Shown: piece by piece, positions 41,076 through 50,220 of the stretch
How positions within the stretch are numbered: position 1 is the stretch's first letter
How the letters are laid out: each line of letters starts with the position of its first letter
Assembly: GCA_963665295.1 (NCBI GenBank)
Contig: OY762209.1
Span: 1,312,001 to 1,376,000, forward strand
Reading direction: 5' to 3'
From: Syntrophorhabdaceae bacterium
Lineage (GTDB): Bacteria; Desulfobacterota; Syntrophorhabdia; Syntrophorhabdales; Syntrophorhabdaceae
Length of the DNA stretch: 64,000 bases
Made by a program: the position numbers and the translations under genes
The notes under the pieces: generated by a model
What the model saw: only the letters and a program-made list of their open reading frames with translations
Databases searched by the model: none
What the model was told of the DNA's origin: nothing

Positions 41076-42088
41076 GAGACATTATTGGTGTCCACTATTG
41101 ACATCGGGGGTCAAACACCACCGTCGCCCACTGGCGGCGACTGTCAAGATTCTTCCATTCCTCATCGGGTACAAGAGAGACCTCGCGCTTGAACGCCTCG
41201 GTAACGGGACAACTGATCGCGAACTCTACCCTTCCGAATCGCGGATGCGCTCCTTTGTCGCAGTATGCGAGAAGATCATGGACATAGCCCGCACCGTCGG
41301 AGCGGAGGCGGACCTTCTTTACTCCTTGAGGCAGGCCGTCGAGGGTTTCCTTAAAAACCCTGAGAAGGTCATGGTTGGCGGGAGTATTGCCGTTTCGAAA
41401 CTCGGTATGGACAAGGAGTTCCTGTTCCGCCCAGAATACCTGAAGAGGCTGGTAGGCCTTATACCCCTCATATGAGAAGAAGGCATTCTTTTTTGCGGTC
41501 TCCACGAGGGTGGCATCCATGTCGAGTGTCGCAACAGATGAGGATCTTCTCCGTTGGAAGGACGCAGCGAGATCGCGGTTGATGCGCGTAAAGCCGTCAA
41601 GGAGCGAGGTATCGTGGAAAGCGGCGAGATAGCGGAATACGGATGAGGGAGAGGGAACAACGCGCGTCTTCTCTCTCCGAAAACGCAAAGAGAGCGTCGG
41701 TTCCATGCGCTCAAGGAGTCGGCAAAACCCTTTATCGGCTTCCAGCACTTTAAGGTCGTCGACACATTCCCCGCCTGCGAGAGCAAGCAGCATAAGAGAC
41801 ATGATCATCCGGGAGTCAGTCCACCCCTGATGCGGTCGAAGGGACAAATGATGCCCGATGCTCTCAGGTAGGCCAAGGGTAAAGGCCAGATCCAGGTAGA
41901 GGGGGAGTCCGGCGAGGGCGGTCATGGCCGAACCCTTTCTGTCTTCTTCATACTTGTAAGCGAGGAGACCTTGTGGCATAATTGATTCACCTCGTTGGTG
42001 ATAGATTTGGTTGGCTACCTTTATTCTATCATGCTGATTATTCAGCGCCAACGAGGTTTTCAATTATTTTTGGCGGTGGATCAGGGAT

Positions 42089-42184
42089 AGGGACATCCAT
42101 TAAACCATCAAATCAGCCATGTATAGCCTTTCTCTCTCACCAAGGCTTCGCCTCTTGCGACTGCAATGCTTACTGCGGGCTGAC
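42089..42184 (-). mobile_element. RAYT element right-end fragment
   Basis: Encodes QPAVSIAVARGEALVREKGY..., ends GGATGTCCCT; matches the 165-bp element end. Confidence 0.8.
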
Positions 42185-42676
42185 CTATATCCCGTTGATC
42201 TCGGCCACCATCTTCTTGGTTATTCGTTTCCAATCATCGCTCTCCATTCCATCTACACGGTCATTTATGATCTTCATGAGTCCGCCATCTCTCGCAACAT
42301 TGTAGGCCTTATGCCTATTCATCTCCGAAAGGACAAAAACGATATCACAAATAGTCAAGTCATCCTTTGTCTGAAGCAATTTCGTTCTCAGGAAATCAAC
42401 TGCAGCCTTTCCCTCCATCGCAAAAGGTCTGGACAGGTATATCGCCGGAGGATGAAATACCTGATTTCCACAAATATATATGGAATACTGATCCTCAATC
42501 GTGTAACTACCAAATTTCCTGATTTGCTCGCTTGGCGGCATTTTGAAGAATGTTTCTATCCATTTGTTGCATTGCTTGCCTGATAATGACCCCATTCCTC
42601 TGCTATCGCCTAACGTAACGAGAAACAGAGTTGCGGAAAAAATGGTTGCTAAAAGAACCGTATTTGCCACTCGCAT
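42185..42676 (-). CDS. Secreted hypothetical protein (cassette gene)
   Basis: GGAGG RBS, start MRVANT, signal peptide; stop directly abuts the RAYT fragment. Confidence 0.7.
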   Translation of the reverse strand: MRVANTVLLATIFSATLFLVTLGDSRGMGSLSGKQCNKWIETFFKMPPSEQIRKFGSYTIEDQYSIYICGNQVFHPPAIYLSRPFAMEGKAAVDFLRTKLLQTKDDLTICDIVFVLSEMNRHKAYNVARDGGLMKIINDRVDGMESDDWKRITKKMVAEINGI

Positions 42677-42719
42677 AACCCTCCTCTGGAGAAAGGCGAA
42701 CAGTGAGCGAACGGAGGGG

Positions 42720-43205
42720 TCAGTTGGATCCTCTGAGCATATCCAGCAGAAGCGCCTTCCCGTCTCGGACTTTTCGCCAGTAAAAAACCGAGAAGAAGAA
42801 ACCCATCCCCACGCATCCAAATCCTGCAATAAGAAATGCGATGCCTCCGGTAATGTTGGCATCTTCGAAAGCACATGACCAAGCCACATAGAATACGGCG
42901 AGGGTTGAAAGCCAAATGTATATAACGGCCAAGCTCATAATCGGGTTTGATGCCGTGACGCATACGCGCACGTCATCATTGTCTCCTTCCAACCGGCCAT
43001 GAAAGACCGGAAGCAGCGCCCATGTATAGCCGACCACTTCTCGGATGTCAAATCGATCGGAATTGACTTTGCCTTGAAAAAAGACATTCTCTGGAGAAGA
43101 GAAAACATGGGTCTTCGCGACCTTATTCTTTAGCATCTCACGCACCGCGTCCCTGGTCAAGTGCGTTTGAATTTCAAAGGTACCTTTACGAGGCATGATT
43201 CTCAC
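42720..43205 (-). CDS. Hypothetical membrane protein, two C-terminal TM (cassette gene)
   Basis: GGGGAGG RBS plus GTG; TGA stop overlaps TGACCCC site. Confidence 0.7.
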   Translation of the reverse strand: MRIMPRKGTFEIQTHLTRDAVREMLKNKVAKTHVFSSPENVFFQGKVNSDRFDIREVVGYTWALLPVFHGRLEGDNDDVRVCVTASNPIMSLAVIYIWLSTLAVFYVAWSCAFEDANITGGIAFLIAGFGCVGMGFFFSVFYWRKVRDGKALLLDMLRGSN

Positions 43206-43304
43206 TGAAACCACCTCCCCATCTATCACAATTGAACTACTTCAGTCTGTTCCACCACCCTCATGCACACGAAGTCGCTCCAACCAGTCATGCGGGCGGG
43301 GTCG

Positions 43305-43733
43305 TCATGTGGCCGTTTTCGATTCAACAAGTGGTAATAAACGCGAATCTTCCAGCGCAGCCGTTCGATGCCCTATACCCGCCAAGTATTCTTTATTGGA
43401 GGAAAATGCAAGGAAGTCGGATAACGAGTTCTGGCGAACAAGCATCACAAGGTCCCACCGCTCTTCCTGAGGACCGATAAGGTATTTGCCACCTTTCCCT
43501 AAGAATACAAGATCACCACCGGTTTTCCTGAGAAACGGCAACGTGTGATCTATGTACTTTTGGTACGCCTCCGCACCGGATATGGGTTGGCTGGGCGTAA
43601 GCTCAGGATTAGCGGAATAATCGGCTACATCGCGAAATCGTAGCAGATTTAGCATAACGACTTCGCCAAGGATATTCCGGGTAAATAGTGCCGCCCCTGC
43701 CTCCTGTGTAACTTCCAGGAAATGTTCTGTCAT
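43305..43733 (-). CDS. DUF1330-like protein
   Basis: GEVVMLNLLRFR..ADY, SGAEAY..Y, LIGP.EERWD, HRTAALEDSRLLP. Confidence 0.85.
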   Translation of the reverse strand: MTEHFLEVTQEAGAALFTRNILGEVVMLNLLRFRDVADYSANPELTPSQPISGAEAYQKYIDHTLPFLRKTGGDLVFLGKGGKYLIGPQEERWDLVMLVRQNSLSDFLAFSSNKEYLAGIGHRTAALEDSRLLPLVESKTAT

Positions 43734-43858
43734 TACGATTCCCCTTTCTCTTTCATTGCAATGTGACGCAAAATGCAGCCGCCGGATGGAAGGACTGCTG
43801 CATTTTGCCAAGTTTGCGGATTCAGCCGCCATCGTTGTCGGCTTACTGCAGTGACATA

Positions 43859-44203
43859 TTAGAGACTCACAACGTGAGGCTCCGTTTTCTCCAGCCTCTC
43901 AATCCAAATCTGGGCAAGGACGCGTAGTTCCTGAATGTAGCTTACGTGGGAATTCTCTTCGGGAACGAGCTCGTCTAACACTTCAAACCGAAAAGATGAT
44001 TCTCCACAGGTTTTCCACTCTTCCTGCAACTCTCTGTTTCGATGATTTCCAAATTTCAACTCAGCCTTGTGTCTATTGAGTCTGGCACGCATATCAAGCC
44101 CGAAACCGATGTACGACCGGCCGTTTCCGATATTCCTGATTCTATATACCCCCATCGGCTGCTTGGCCTGCTTGTACTCCTTCTTTGCTGTTGATTTATC
44201 CAT
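43859..44203 (-). CDS. Small GIY-YIG family protein
   Basis: MGVYRIRN..NGRSYIG, L..G.H.N.ELQ.EW...G...F.FEVL. Confidence 0.85.
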   Translation of the reverse strand: MDKSTAKKEYKQAKQPMGVYRIRNIGNGRSYIGFGLDMRARLNRHKAELKFGNHRNRELQEEWKTCGESSFRFEVLDELVPEENSHVSYIQELRVLAQIWIERLEKTEPHVVSL

Positions 44204-44239
44204 TGTCCTCTTTTCCACGTATATTAGGCGAACTACTCT

Positions 44240-44368
44240 GGGGACGCAATTGACCAGCTTGACAAAGGTCCCGCGTCTCCATTTTCGTCGATGCCATATT
44301 GTCCTCTTAATTGTCTTCCTTTGGAGAGGGGCATGTCAAGGGTTATTTACTTATTTACGGTCGTCCCC
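44240..44368 (-). mobile_element. Second miniature element (129 bp) with GGGGACG inverted ends and internal promoter
   Basis: GGGGACG...CGTCCCC ends; minus-strand GGGGACGACCGTAAATAAGTAAATAACCCTTGACA resembles the left end of the 165-bp element. Confidence 0.6.
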
Positions 44369-44515
44369 AATGCATCCCCTAAGAATACAGTAACAGTTTA
44401 GTCCTCTCGGAACTTTTTCCAGCAAAATATTATGTCTAATTTGCACAACACCTTTGATTCCCTTGTTCCATGATGGTATTATAATAGAAGTACTACTACT
44501 CATGTGGAGGGTTCA

Positions 44516-44794
44516 ATGGAACAAATCGATCTTCTTAAAAGGCAGCGGGAGAGACTTAAGGAGGACATTGTCGCACAGCTGGATTTCTTCCTTATCGGGA
44601 CGGTGGCCAAGTCCCCTTCCATGACGGGCCACTCCCTTACCACAAAAGTGAAGGGGAAGACCGTAACCGTGTATGTGAGAAAACAGATTGCCGAGAAGGC
44701 GAAGGAGATGACGAAGCGGTACAAGATGATGTGGCTTCTCATACAGAAGCTTTCTAAGATCAACTGGGAGATACTGAAACAGGAGAGCGAGTGA
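44516..44794 (+). CDS. IS-associated small protein (DUF6788-like), copy 1
   Basis: GGAGG RBS; LT.KVKGKTVTVYV...Y.....LIQKLS.IN; stop overlaps transposase start. Confidence 0.75.
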   Translation: MEQIDLLKRQRERLKEDIVAQLDFFLIGTVAKSPSMTGHSLTTKVKGKTVTVYVRKQIAEKAKEMTKRYKMMWLLIQKLSKINWEILKQESE

Positions 44795-46311
44795 AGAGGG
44801 TCTATCCTCCATACGGCTACGATTGTCTTTATAAGGACAATTGCCCCCATCTTAACTTTCTCTCCACCCTATGGGTCTTTGGAGAATATGAGCGGGCCCA
44901 TGAGGTGTACGAAGAGCATCTTCGGATTATCGATGTGTTCCGGGACAGGCTGGATGACACCATGAAGCGTATCCGTCTTTTAGAGAAGGAGAACGAGGAA
45001 CTGAAGGCGAAGAATACCGCATTGCATCGAAGACAGTTCAAGGCGAACAAAAAACCGGAGCATGCGGTCTCTTTGGCAGGGAGGAAGCGCGGCGCTCCGG
45101 TCGGACACCCCGGGTGGTTCAGGCCCGAGCCTGCCCGCGTGGATGCGACGGTTCACGTGCCCGCTCCCGATCGATGCCCCCATTGCGGGTCAGGCCCTCT
45201 TGTCCCCGGGGAAGGGATCCGTGAGCATGTGCAGGAAGACATTGTCATAAGACCCCGCACGGTGGTGAGACGGTATGTGCATAAGGAAGCATACTGTAGC
45301 CGTTGCGGGCGTTCTGTGGTGAAGGCGGCTCCCGACGAACTTCCGAATGCTCCTATCGGACCGGTTACGAAATCCGTTGCCTTATACTTGCGGTACAGGA
45401 TAGGTATGAGCTATCGAAAGGTAGAGGAAGTTATGAGGGAGATCTTCGGCCTTGCCTTTGTCCCTGCTTCGGCAGTGGGGTTTGACAGGGCTGCGGCGAA
45501 AAGGGGGGCGCCTCTTTATGAAGACCTCCGGGAGAAGATACGCGCCTCGGAAATAGTTCATGCCGATGAGACATCATGGAGGAACGACGGGACCGGTCAT
45601 TACGCGTGGTATGCGGGAAACGCCGATCTTGCCCTCTTCCATATCGACCGGCACCGCTCGACAGACGTGGCTCAACATCTTCTCGGGGACAACTTCGACG
45701 GGGTGCTCATCACCGACCGCTATGCCGCGTATAACGGAGTTCATGCGAGAGAAAGGCAGACATGCCTTGCCCACCTTATCACCAGGGCCAGGGAGTTGAC
45801 CCGGGAGCTCGTCCTCATGGAGACAAGAGATACAAAAGCGGAGGCGTTCTGTGATGCGGTCGGGAGGCTCTTCTCGGATGCCTGCGCCGCGGGCGGGGAT
45901 CTTCTTAAGGGAAAGAGAGAGTGGGGAGATGCTCCCCGCATCGAGAAGCAATTGAGAGCAACCCTCGGGAAGATATGTGCAAAGCCCCTCAAGTATAAGC
46001 CGGCGGAAGGGCTCCGTACCTTCCTTACCGGCAAAGACCGGAAGTTTCTCTTCACGTTCCTTCGCTATCCGGGAGTACCACCTACCAACAACCAGGCAGA
46101 ACAGTCGATCCGCTTCCTGGTGATCATGAGGAAGCTCATGTTCGGTACGCGGTCGGCAACGGGACTGAAGACCCACAGTATCCTGCCGAGTCTCATCATT
46201 ACTTCCATGAGGCAAGGGAACGATCCACGGAAGTTCCTGGAGACGCTCCTGGTGTCGGATACCATGACGGCACAGGCGGCACTGTATCGCAATGGGGCGA
46301 GGGCTCCGTGA
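44791..46311 (+). CDS. IS66 transposase (TnpC-like), copy 1
   Basis: GAP.GHPG, CPHCG, HADETSW, TDRY.AY, QTCLAHL, PTNNQAEQ.IR motifs. Confidence 0.95.
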   Translation: MKRVYPPYGYDCLYKDNCPHLNFLSTLWVFGEYERAHEVYEEHLRIIDVFRDRLDDTMKRIRLLEKENEELKAKNTALHRRQFKANKKPEHAVSLAGRKRGAPVGHPGWFRPEPARVDATVHVPAPDRCPHCGSGPLVPGEGIREHVQEDIVIRPRTVVRRYVHKEAYCSRCGRSVVKAAPDELPNAPIGPVTKSVALYLRYRIGMSYRKVEEVMREIFGLAFVPASAVGFDRAAAKRGAPLYEDLREKIRASEIVHADETSWRNDGTGHYAWYAGNADLALFHIDRHRSTDVAQHLLGDNFDGVLITDRYAAYNGVHARERQTCLAHLITRARELTRELVLMETRDTKAEAFCDAVGRLFSDACAAGGDLLKGKREWGDAPRIEKQLRATLGKICAKPLKYKPAEGLRTFLTGKDRKFLFTFLRYPGVPPTNNQAEQSIRFLVIMRKLMFGTRSATGLKTHSILPSLIITSMRQGNDPRKFLETLLVSDTMTAQAALYRNGARAP

Positions 46312-46463
46312 GGGGGACTAAACTGTTACAGAATACAGTAACAGTTTAGTCCCCCCGGAACTTTTTCCAGCAAAATATTATGTCTAATTTCCACAAAACC
46401 TTTGATTTCCTTGTTCCATGATGGTATTATAATAGGAGTACTACTACTCAGTCGGAGGGTTCA

Positions 46464-46742
46464 ATGGAACAAATCGATCTTCTTAAAAGGCAGCGGGAGA
46501 GACTTAAGGAGGACATTGTCGCACAGCTGGATTTCTTCCTTATCGGGACGGTGGCCAAGTCCCCTTCCATGACGGGCCACTCCCTTACCACAAAAGTGAA
46601 GGGGAAGACCGTAACCGTGTATGTGAGAAAACAGATTGCCGAGAAGGCGAAGGAGATGACGAAGCGGTACAAGATGATGTGGCTTCTCATACAGAAGCTT
46701 TCTAAGATCAACTGGGAGATACTGAAACAGGAGAGCGAGTGA
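46464..46742 (+). CDS. IS-associated small protein (DUF6788-like), copy 2
   Basis: Identical protein to copy 1. Confidence 0.75.
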   Translation: MEQIDLLKRQRERLKEDIVAQLDFFLIGTVAKSPSMTGHSLTTKVKGKTVTVYVRKQIAEKAKEMTKRYKMMWLLIQKLSKINWEILKQESE

Positions 46743-48259
46743 AGAGGGTCTATCCTCCATACGGCTACGATTGTCTTTATAAGGACAATTGCCCCCATCT
46801 TAACTTTCTCTCCACCCTATGGGTCTTTGGAGAATATGAGCGGGCCCATGAGGTGTACGAAGAGCATCTTCGGATTATCGATGTGTTCCGGGACAGGCTG
46901 GATGACACCATGAAGCGTATCCGTCTTTTAGAGAAGGAGAACGAGGAACTGAAGGCGAAGAATACCGCATTGCATCGAAGACAGTTCAAGGCGAACAAAA
47001 AACCGGAGCATGCGGTCTCTTTGGCAGGGAGGAAGCGCGGCGCTCCGGTCGGACACCCCGGGTGGTTCAGGCCCGAGCCTGCCCGCGTGGATGCGACGGT
47101 TCACGTGCCCGCTCCCGATCGATGCCCCCATTGCGGGTCAGGCCCTCTTGTCCCCGGGGAAGGGATCCGTGAGCATGTGCAGGAAGACATTGTCATAAGA
47201 CCCCGCACGGTGGTGAGACGGTATGTGCATAAGGAAGCATACTGTAGCCGTTGCGGGCGTTCTGTGGTGAAGGCGGCTCCCGACGAACTTCCGAATGCTC
47301 CTATCGGACCGGTTACGAAATCCGTTGCCTTATACTTGCGGTACAGGATAGGTATGAGCTATCGAAAGGTAGAGGAAGTTATGAGGGAGATCTTCGGCCT
47401 TGCCTTTGTCCCTGCTTCGGCAGTGGGGTTTGACAGGGCTGCGGCGAAAAGGGGGACACCTCTTTATGAAGACCTCCGGGAGAAGATACGCGCCTCGGAA
47501 ATAGTTCATGCCGATGAGACATCATGGAGGAACGACGGGACCGGTCATTACGCGTGGTATGCGGGAAACGCCGATCTTGCCCTCTTCCATATCGACCGGC
47601 ACCGCTCGACAGACGTGGCTCAACATCTTCTCGGGGACAACTTCGACGGGGTGCTCATCACCGACCGCTATGCCGCGTATAACGGAGTTCATGCGAGAGA
47701 AAGGCAGACATGCCTTGCCCACCTTATCACCAGGGCCAGGGAGTTGACCCGGGAGCTCGTCCTCATGGAGACAAGAGATACAAAAGCGGAGGCGTTCTGT
47801 GATGCGGTCGGGAGGCTCTTCTCGGATGCCTGCGCCGCGGGCGGGGATCTTCTTAAGGGAAAGAGAGAGTGGGGAGATGCTCCCCGCATCGAGAAGCAAT
47901 TGAGAGCAACCCTCGGGAAGATATGTGCAAAGCCCCTCAAGTATAAGCCGGCGGAAGGGCTCCGTACCTTCCTTACCGGCAAAGACCGGAAGTTTCTCTT
48001 CACGTTCCTTCGCTATCCGGGAGTACCACCTACCAACAACCAGGCAGAACAGTCGATCCGCTTCCTGGTGATCATGAGGAAGCTCATGTTCGGTACGCGG
48101 TCGGCAACGGGACTGAAGACCCACAGTATCCTGCCGAGTCTCATCATTACTTCCATGAGGCAAGGGAACGATCCACGGAAGTTCCTGGAGACGCTTCTGG
48201 TGTCGGATACCATGACGGCACAGGCGGCACTGTATCGCAATGGGGCGAGGGCTCCGTGA
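46739..48259 (+). CDS. IS66 transposase, copy 2
   Basis: Near-identical to copy 1. Confidence 0.95.
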   Translation: MKRVYPPYGYDCLYKDNCPHLNFLSTLWVFGEYERAHEVYEEHLRIIDVFRDRLDDTMKRIRLLEKENEELKAKNTALHRRQFKANKKPEHAVSLAGRKRGAPVGHPGWFRPEPARVDATVHVPAPDRCPHCGSGPLVPGEGIREHVQEDIVIRPRTVVRRYVHKEAYCSRCGRSVVKAAPDELPNAPIGPVTKSVALYLRYRIGMSYRKVEEVMREIFGLAFVPASAVGFDRAAAKRGTPLYEDLREKIRASEIVHADETSWRNDGTGHYAWYAGNADLALFHIDRHRSTDVAQHLLGDNFDGVLITDRYAAYNGVHARERQTCLAHLITRARELTRELVLMETRDTKAEAFCDAVGRLFSDACAAGGDLLKGKREWGDAPRIEKQLRATLGKICAKPLKYKPAEGLRTFLTGKDRKFLFTFLRYPGVPPTNNQAEQSIRFLVIMRKLMFGTRSATGLKTHSILPSLIITSMRQGNDPRKFLETLLVSDTMTAQAALYRNGARAP

Positions 48260-48410
48260 GGGGGACTAAACTGTTACGTCGTCCGTAACAGTTTAGTCCT
48301 CTCGGAACTTTTTCCAGCAAAATATTATGTCTAATTTGCACAACACCTTTGATTCCCTTGTTCCATGATGGTATTATAATAGAAGTACTACTACTCATGT
48401 GGAGGGTTCA

Positions 48411-48689
48411 ATGGAACAAATCGATCTTCTTAAAAGGCAGCGGGAGAGACTTAAGGAGGACATTGTCGCACAGCTGGATTTCTTCCTTATCGGGACGGTG
48501 GCCAAGTCCCCTTCCATGACGGGCCACTCCCTTACCACAAAAGTGAAGGGGAAGACCGTAACCGTGTATGTGAGAAAACAGATTGCCGAGAAGGCGAAGG
48601 AGATGACGAAGCGGTACAAGATGATGTGGCTTCTCATACAGAAGCTTTCTAAGATCAACTGGGAGATACTGAAACAGGAGAGCGAGTGA
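48411..48689 (+). CDS. IS-associated small protein (DUF6788-like), copy 3
   Basis: Identical protein to copy 1. Confidence 0.75.
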   Translation: MEQIDLLKRQRERLKEDIVAQLDFFLIGTVAKSPSMTGHSLTTKVKGKTVTVYVRKQIAEKAKEMTKRYKMMWLLIQKLSKINWEILKQESE

Positions 48690-50206
48690 AGAGGGTCTAT
48701 CCTCCATACGGCTACGATTGTCTTTATAAGGACAATTGCCCCCATCTTAACTTTCTCTCCACCCTATGGGTCTTTGGAGAATATGAGCGGGCCCATGAGG
48801 TGTACGAAGAGCATCTTCGGATTATCGATGTGTTCCGGGACAGGCTGGATGACACCATGAAGCGTATCCGTCTTTTAGAGAAGGAGAACGAGGAACTGAA
48901 GGCGAAGAATACCGCATTGCATCGAAGACAGTTCAAGGCGAACAAAAAACCGGAGCATGCGGTCTCTTTGGCAGGGAGGAAGCGCGGCGCTCCGGTCGGA
49001 CACCCCGGGTGGTTCAGGCCCGAGCCTGCCCGCGTGGATGCGACGGTTCACGTGCCCGCTCCCGATCGATGCCCCCATTGCGGGTCAGGCCCTCTTGTCC
49101 CCGGGGAAGGGATCCGTGAGCATGTGCAGGAAGACATTGTCATAAGACCCCGCACGGTGGTGAGACGGTATGTGCATAAGGAAGCATACTGTAGCCGTTG
49201 CGGGCGTTCTGTGGTGAAGGCGGCTCCCGACGAACTTCCGAATGCTCCTATCGGACCGGTTACGAAATCCGTTGCCTTATACTTGCGGTACAGGATAGGT
49301 ATGAGCTATCGAAAGGTAGAGGAAGTTATGAGGGAGGTCTTTGGTATACCCTTTGTCCCTGCGTCGGCAGTGGGGTTTGACAGGGCTGCGGCGAAAAGGG
49401 GGACACCTCTTTATGAAGACCTCCGGGAGAAGATACGCGCCTCGGAAATAGTTCATGCCGATGAGACATCATGGAGGAACGACGGGACCGGTCATTACGC
49501 GTGGTATGCGGGAAACGCCGATCTTGCCCTCTTCCATATCGACCGGCACCGCTCGACAGAAGTGGCTCAACATCTTCTCGGGGACAACTTCGACGGGGTG
49601 CTCATCACCGACCGCTATGCCGCGTATAACGGAGTTCATGCGAGAGAAAGGCAGACATGCCTTGCCCACCTTATCACCAGGGCCGGAGAATTGACCCGGG
49701 ATCTCGTCCTCATGGAGACAAGAGATACAAAAGCGGAGGCGTTCTGTGATGCGGTCGGGAGGCTCTTCTCGGATGCCTGCGCCGCGGGCGGGGATCTTCT
49801 TAAGGGAAAGAGAGAGTGGGGAGATGCTCCCCGCATCGAGAAGCAATTGAGAGCAACCCTCGGGAAGATATGTGCAAAGCCCCTCAAGTATAAGCCGGCG
49901 GAAGTGCTCCGTACCTTCCTTACCGGCAAAGACCGGAAGTTTCTCTTCACGTTCCTTCGCTATCCGGGAGTACCACCTACCAACAACCAGGCAGAACAGT
50001 CGATCCGCTTCCTGGTGATCATGAGGAAGCTCATGTTCGGTACGCGGTCGGCAACGGGACTGAAGACCCACAGTATCCTGCCGAGTCTCATCATTACTTC
50101 CATGAGGCAAGGGAACGATCCACGGAAGTTCCTGGAGACGCTTCTGGTGTCGGATACCATGACGGCACAGGCGGCACTGTATCGCAATGGGGCGAGGGCT
50201 CCGTGA
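48686..50206 (+). CDS. IS66 transposase, copy 3
   Basis: Variant residues VFGIPF, STEV, AGELTRD, AEVL. Confidence 0.95.
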   Translation: MKRVYPPYGYDCLYKDNCPHLNFLSTLWVFGEYERAHEVYEEHLRIIDVFRDRLDDTMKRIRLLEKENEELKAKNTALHRRQFKANKKPEHAVSLAGRKRGAPVGHPGWFRPEPARVDATVHVPAPDRCPHCGSGPLVPGEGIREHVQEDIVIRPRTVVRRYVHKEAYCSRCGRSVVKAAPDELPNAPIGPVTKSVALYLRYRIGMSYRKVEEVMREVFGIPFVPASAVGFDRAAAKRGTPLYEDLREKIRASEIVHADETSWRNDGTGHYAWYAGNADLALFHIDRHRSTEVAQHLLGDNFDGVLITDRYAAYNGVHARERQTCLAHLITRAGELTRDLVLMETRDTKAEAFCDAVGRLFSDACAAGGDLLKGKREWGDAPRIEKQLRATLGKICAKPLKYKPAEVLRTFLTGKDRKFLFTFLRYPGVPPTNNQAEQSIRFLVIMRKLMFGTRSATGLKTHSILPSLIITSMRQGNDPRKFLETLLVSDTMTAQAALYRNGARAP

Positions 50207-50220
50207 GGGGGACTAAACTG

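Larger units (their letters stand above)
39844..41113 (+). mobile_element. IS3-family insertion sequence
   Basis: TG...CA ends with ATAGTGGACACC/GGTGTCCACTAT inverted repeats; 3-bp duplication AAC. Confidence 0.94.
39133..42086 (-). mobile_element. IS1380-family element, transposase disrupted by IS3
   Basis: Ends CCCTGA/TCAGGG; transposase halves join in frame (QWATVVF-VPNALAH) on removing IS3; LDMDAT, LRSDGAG, Y.RCG.SE, LP.G.FGENAAW motifs; no clear TSD. Confidence 0.88.
44390..46329 (+). mobile_element. IS66-family element, copy 1 (1940 bp)
   Basis: TIRs GTAACAGTTTAGTCC/GGACTAAACTGTTAC; 8-bp duplication AGAATACA on both sides. Confidence 0.95.
46338..48277 (+). mobile_element. IS66-family element, copy 2 (1940 bp)
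   Basis: Same TIRs; variant left end. Confidence 0.95.
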
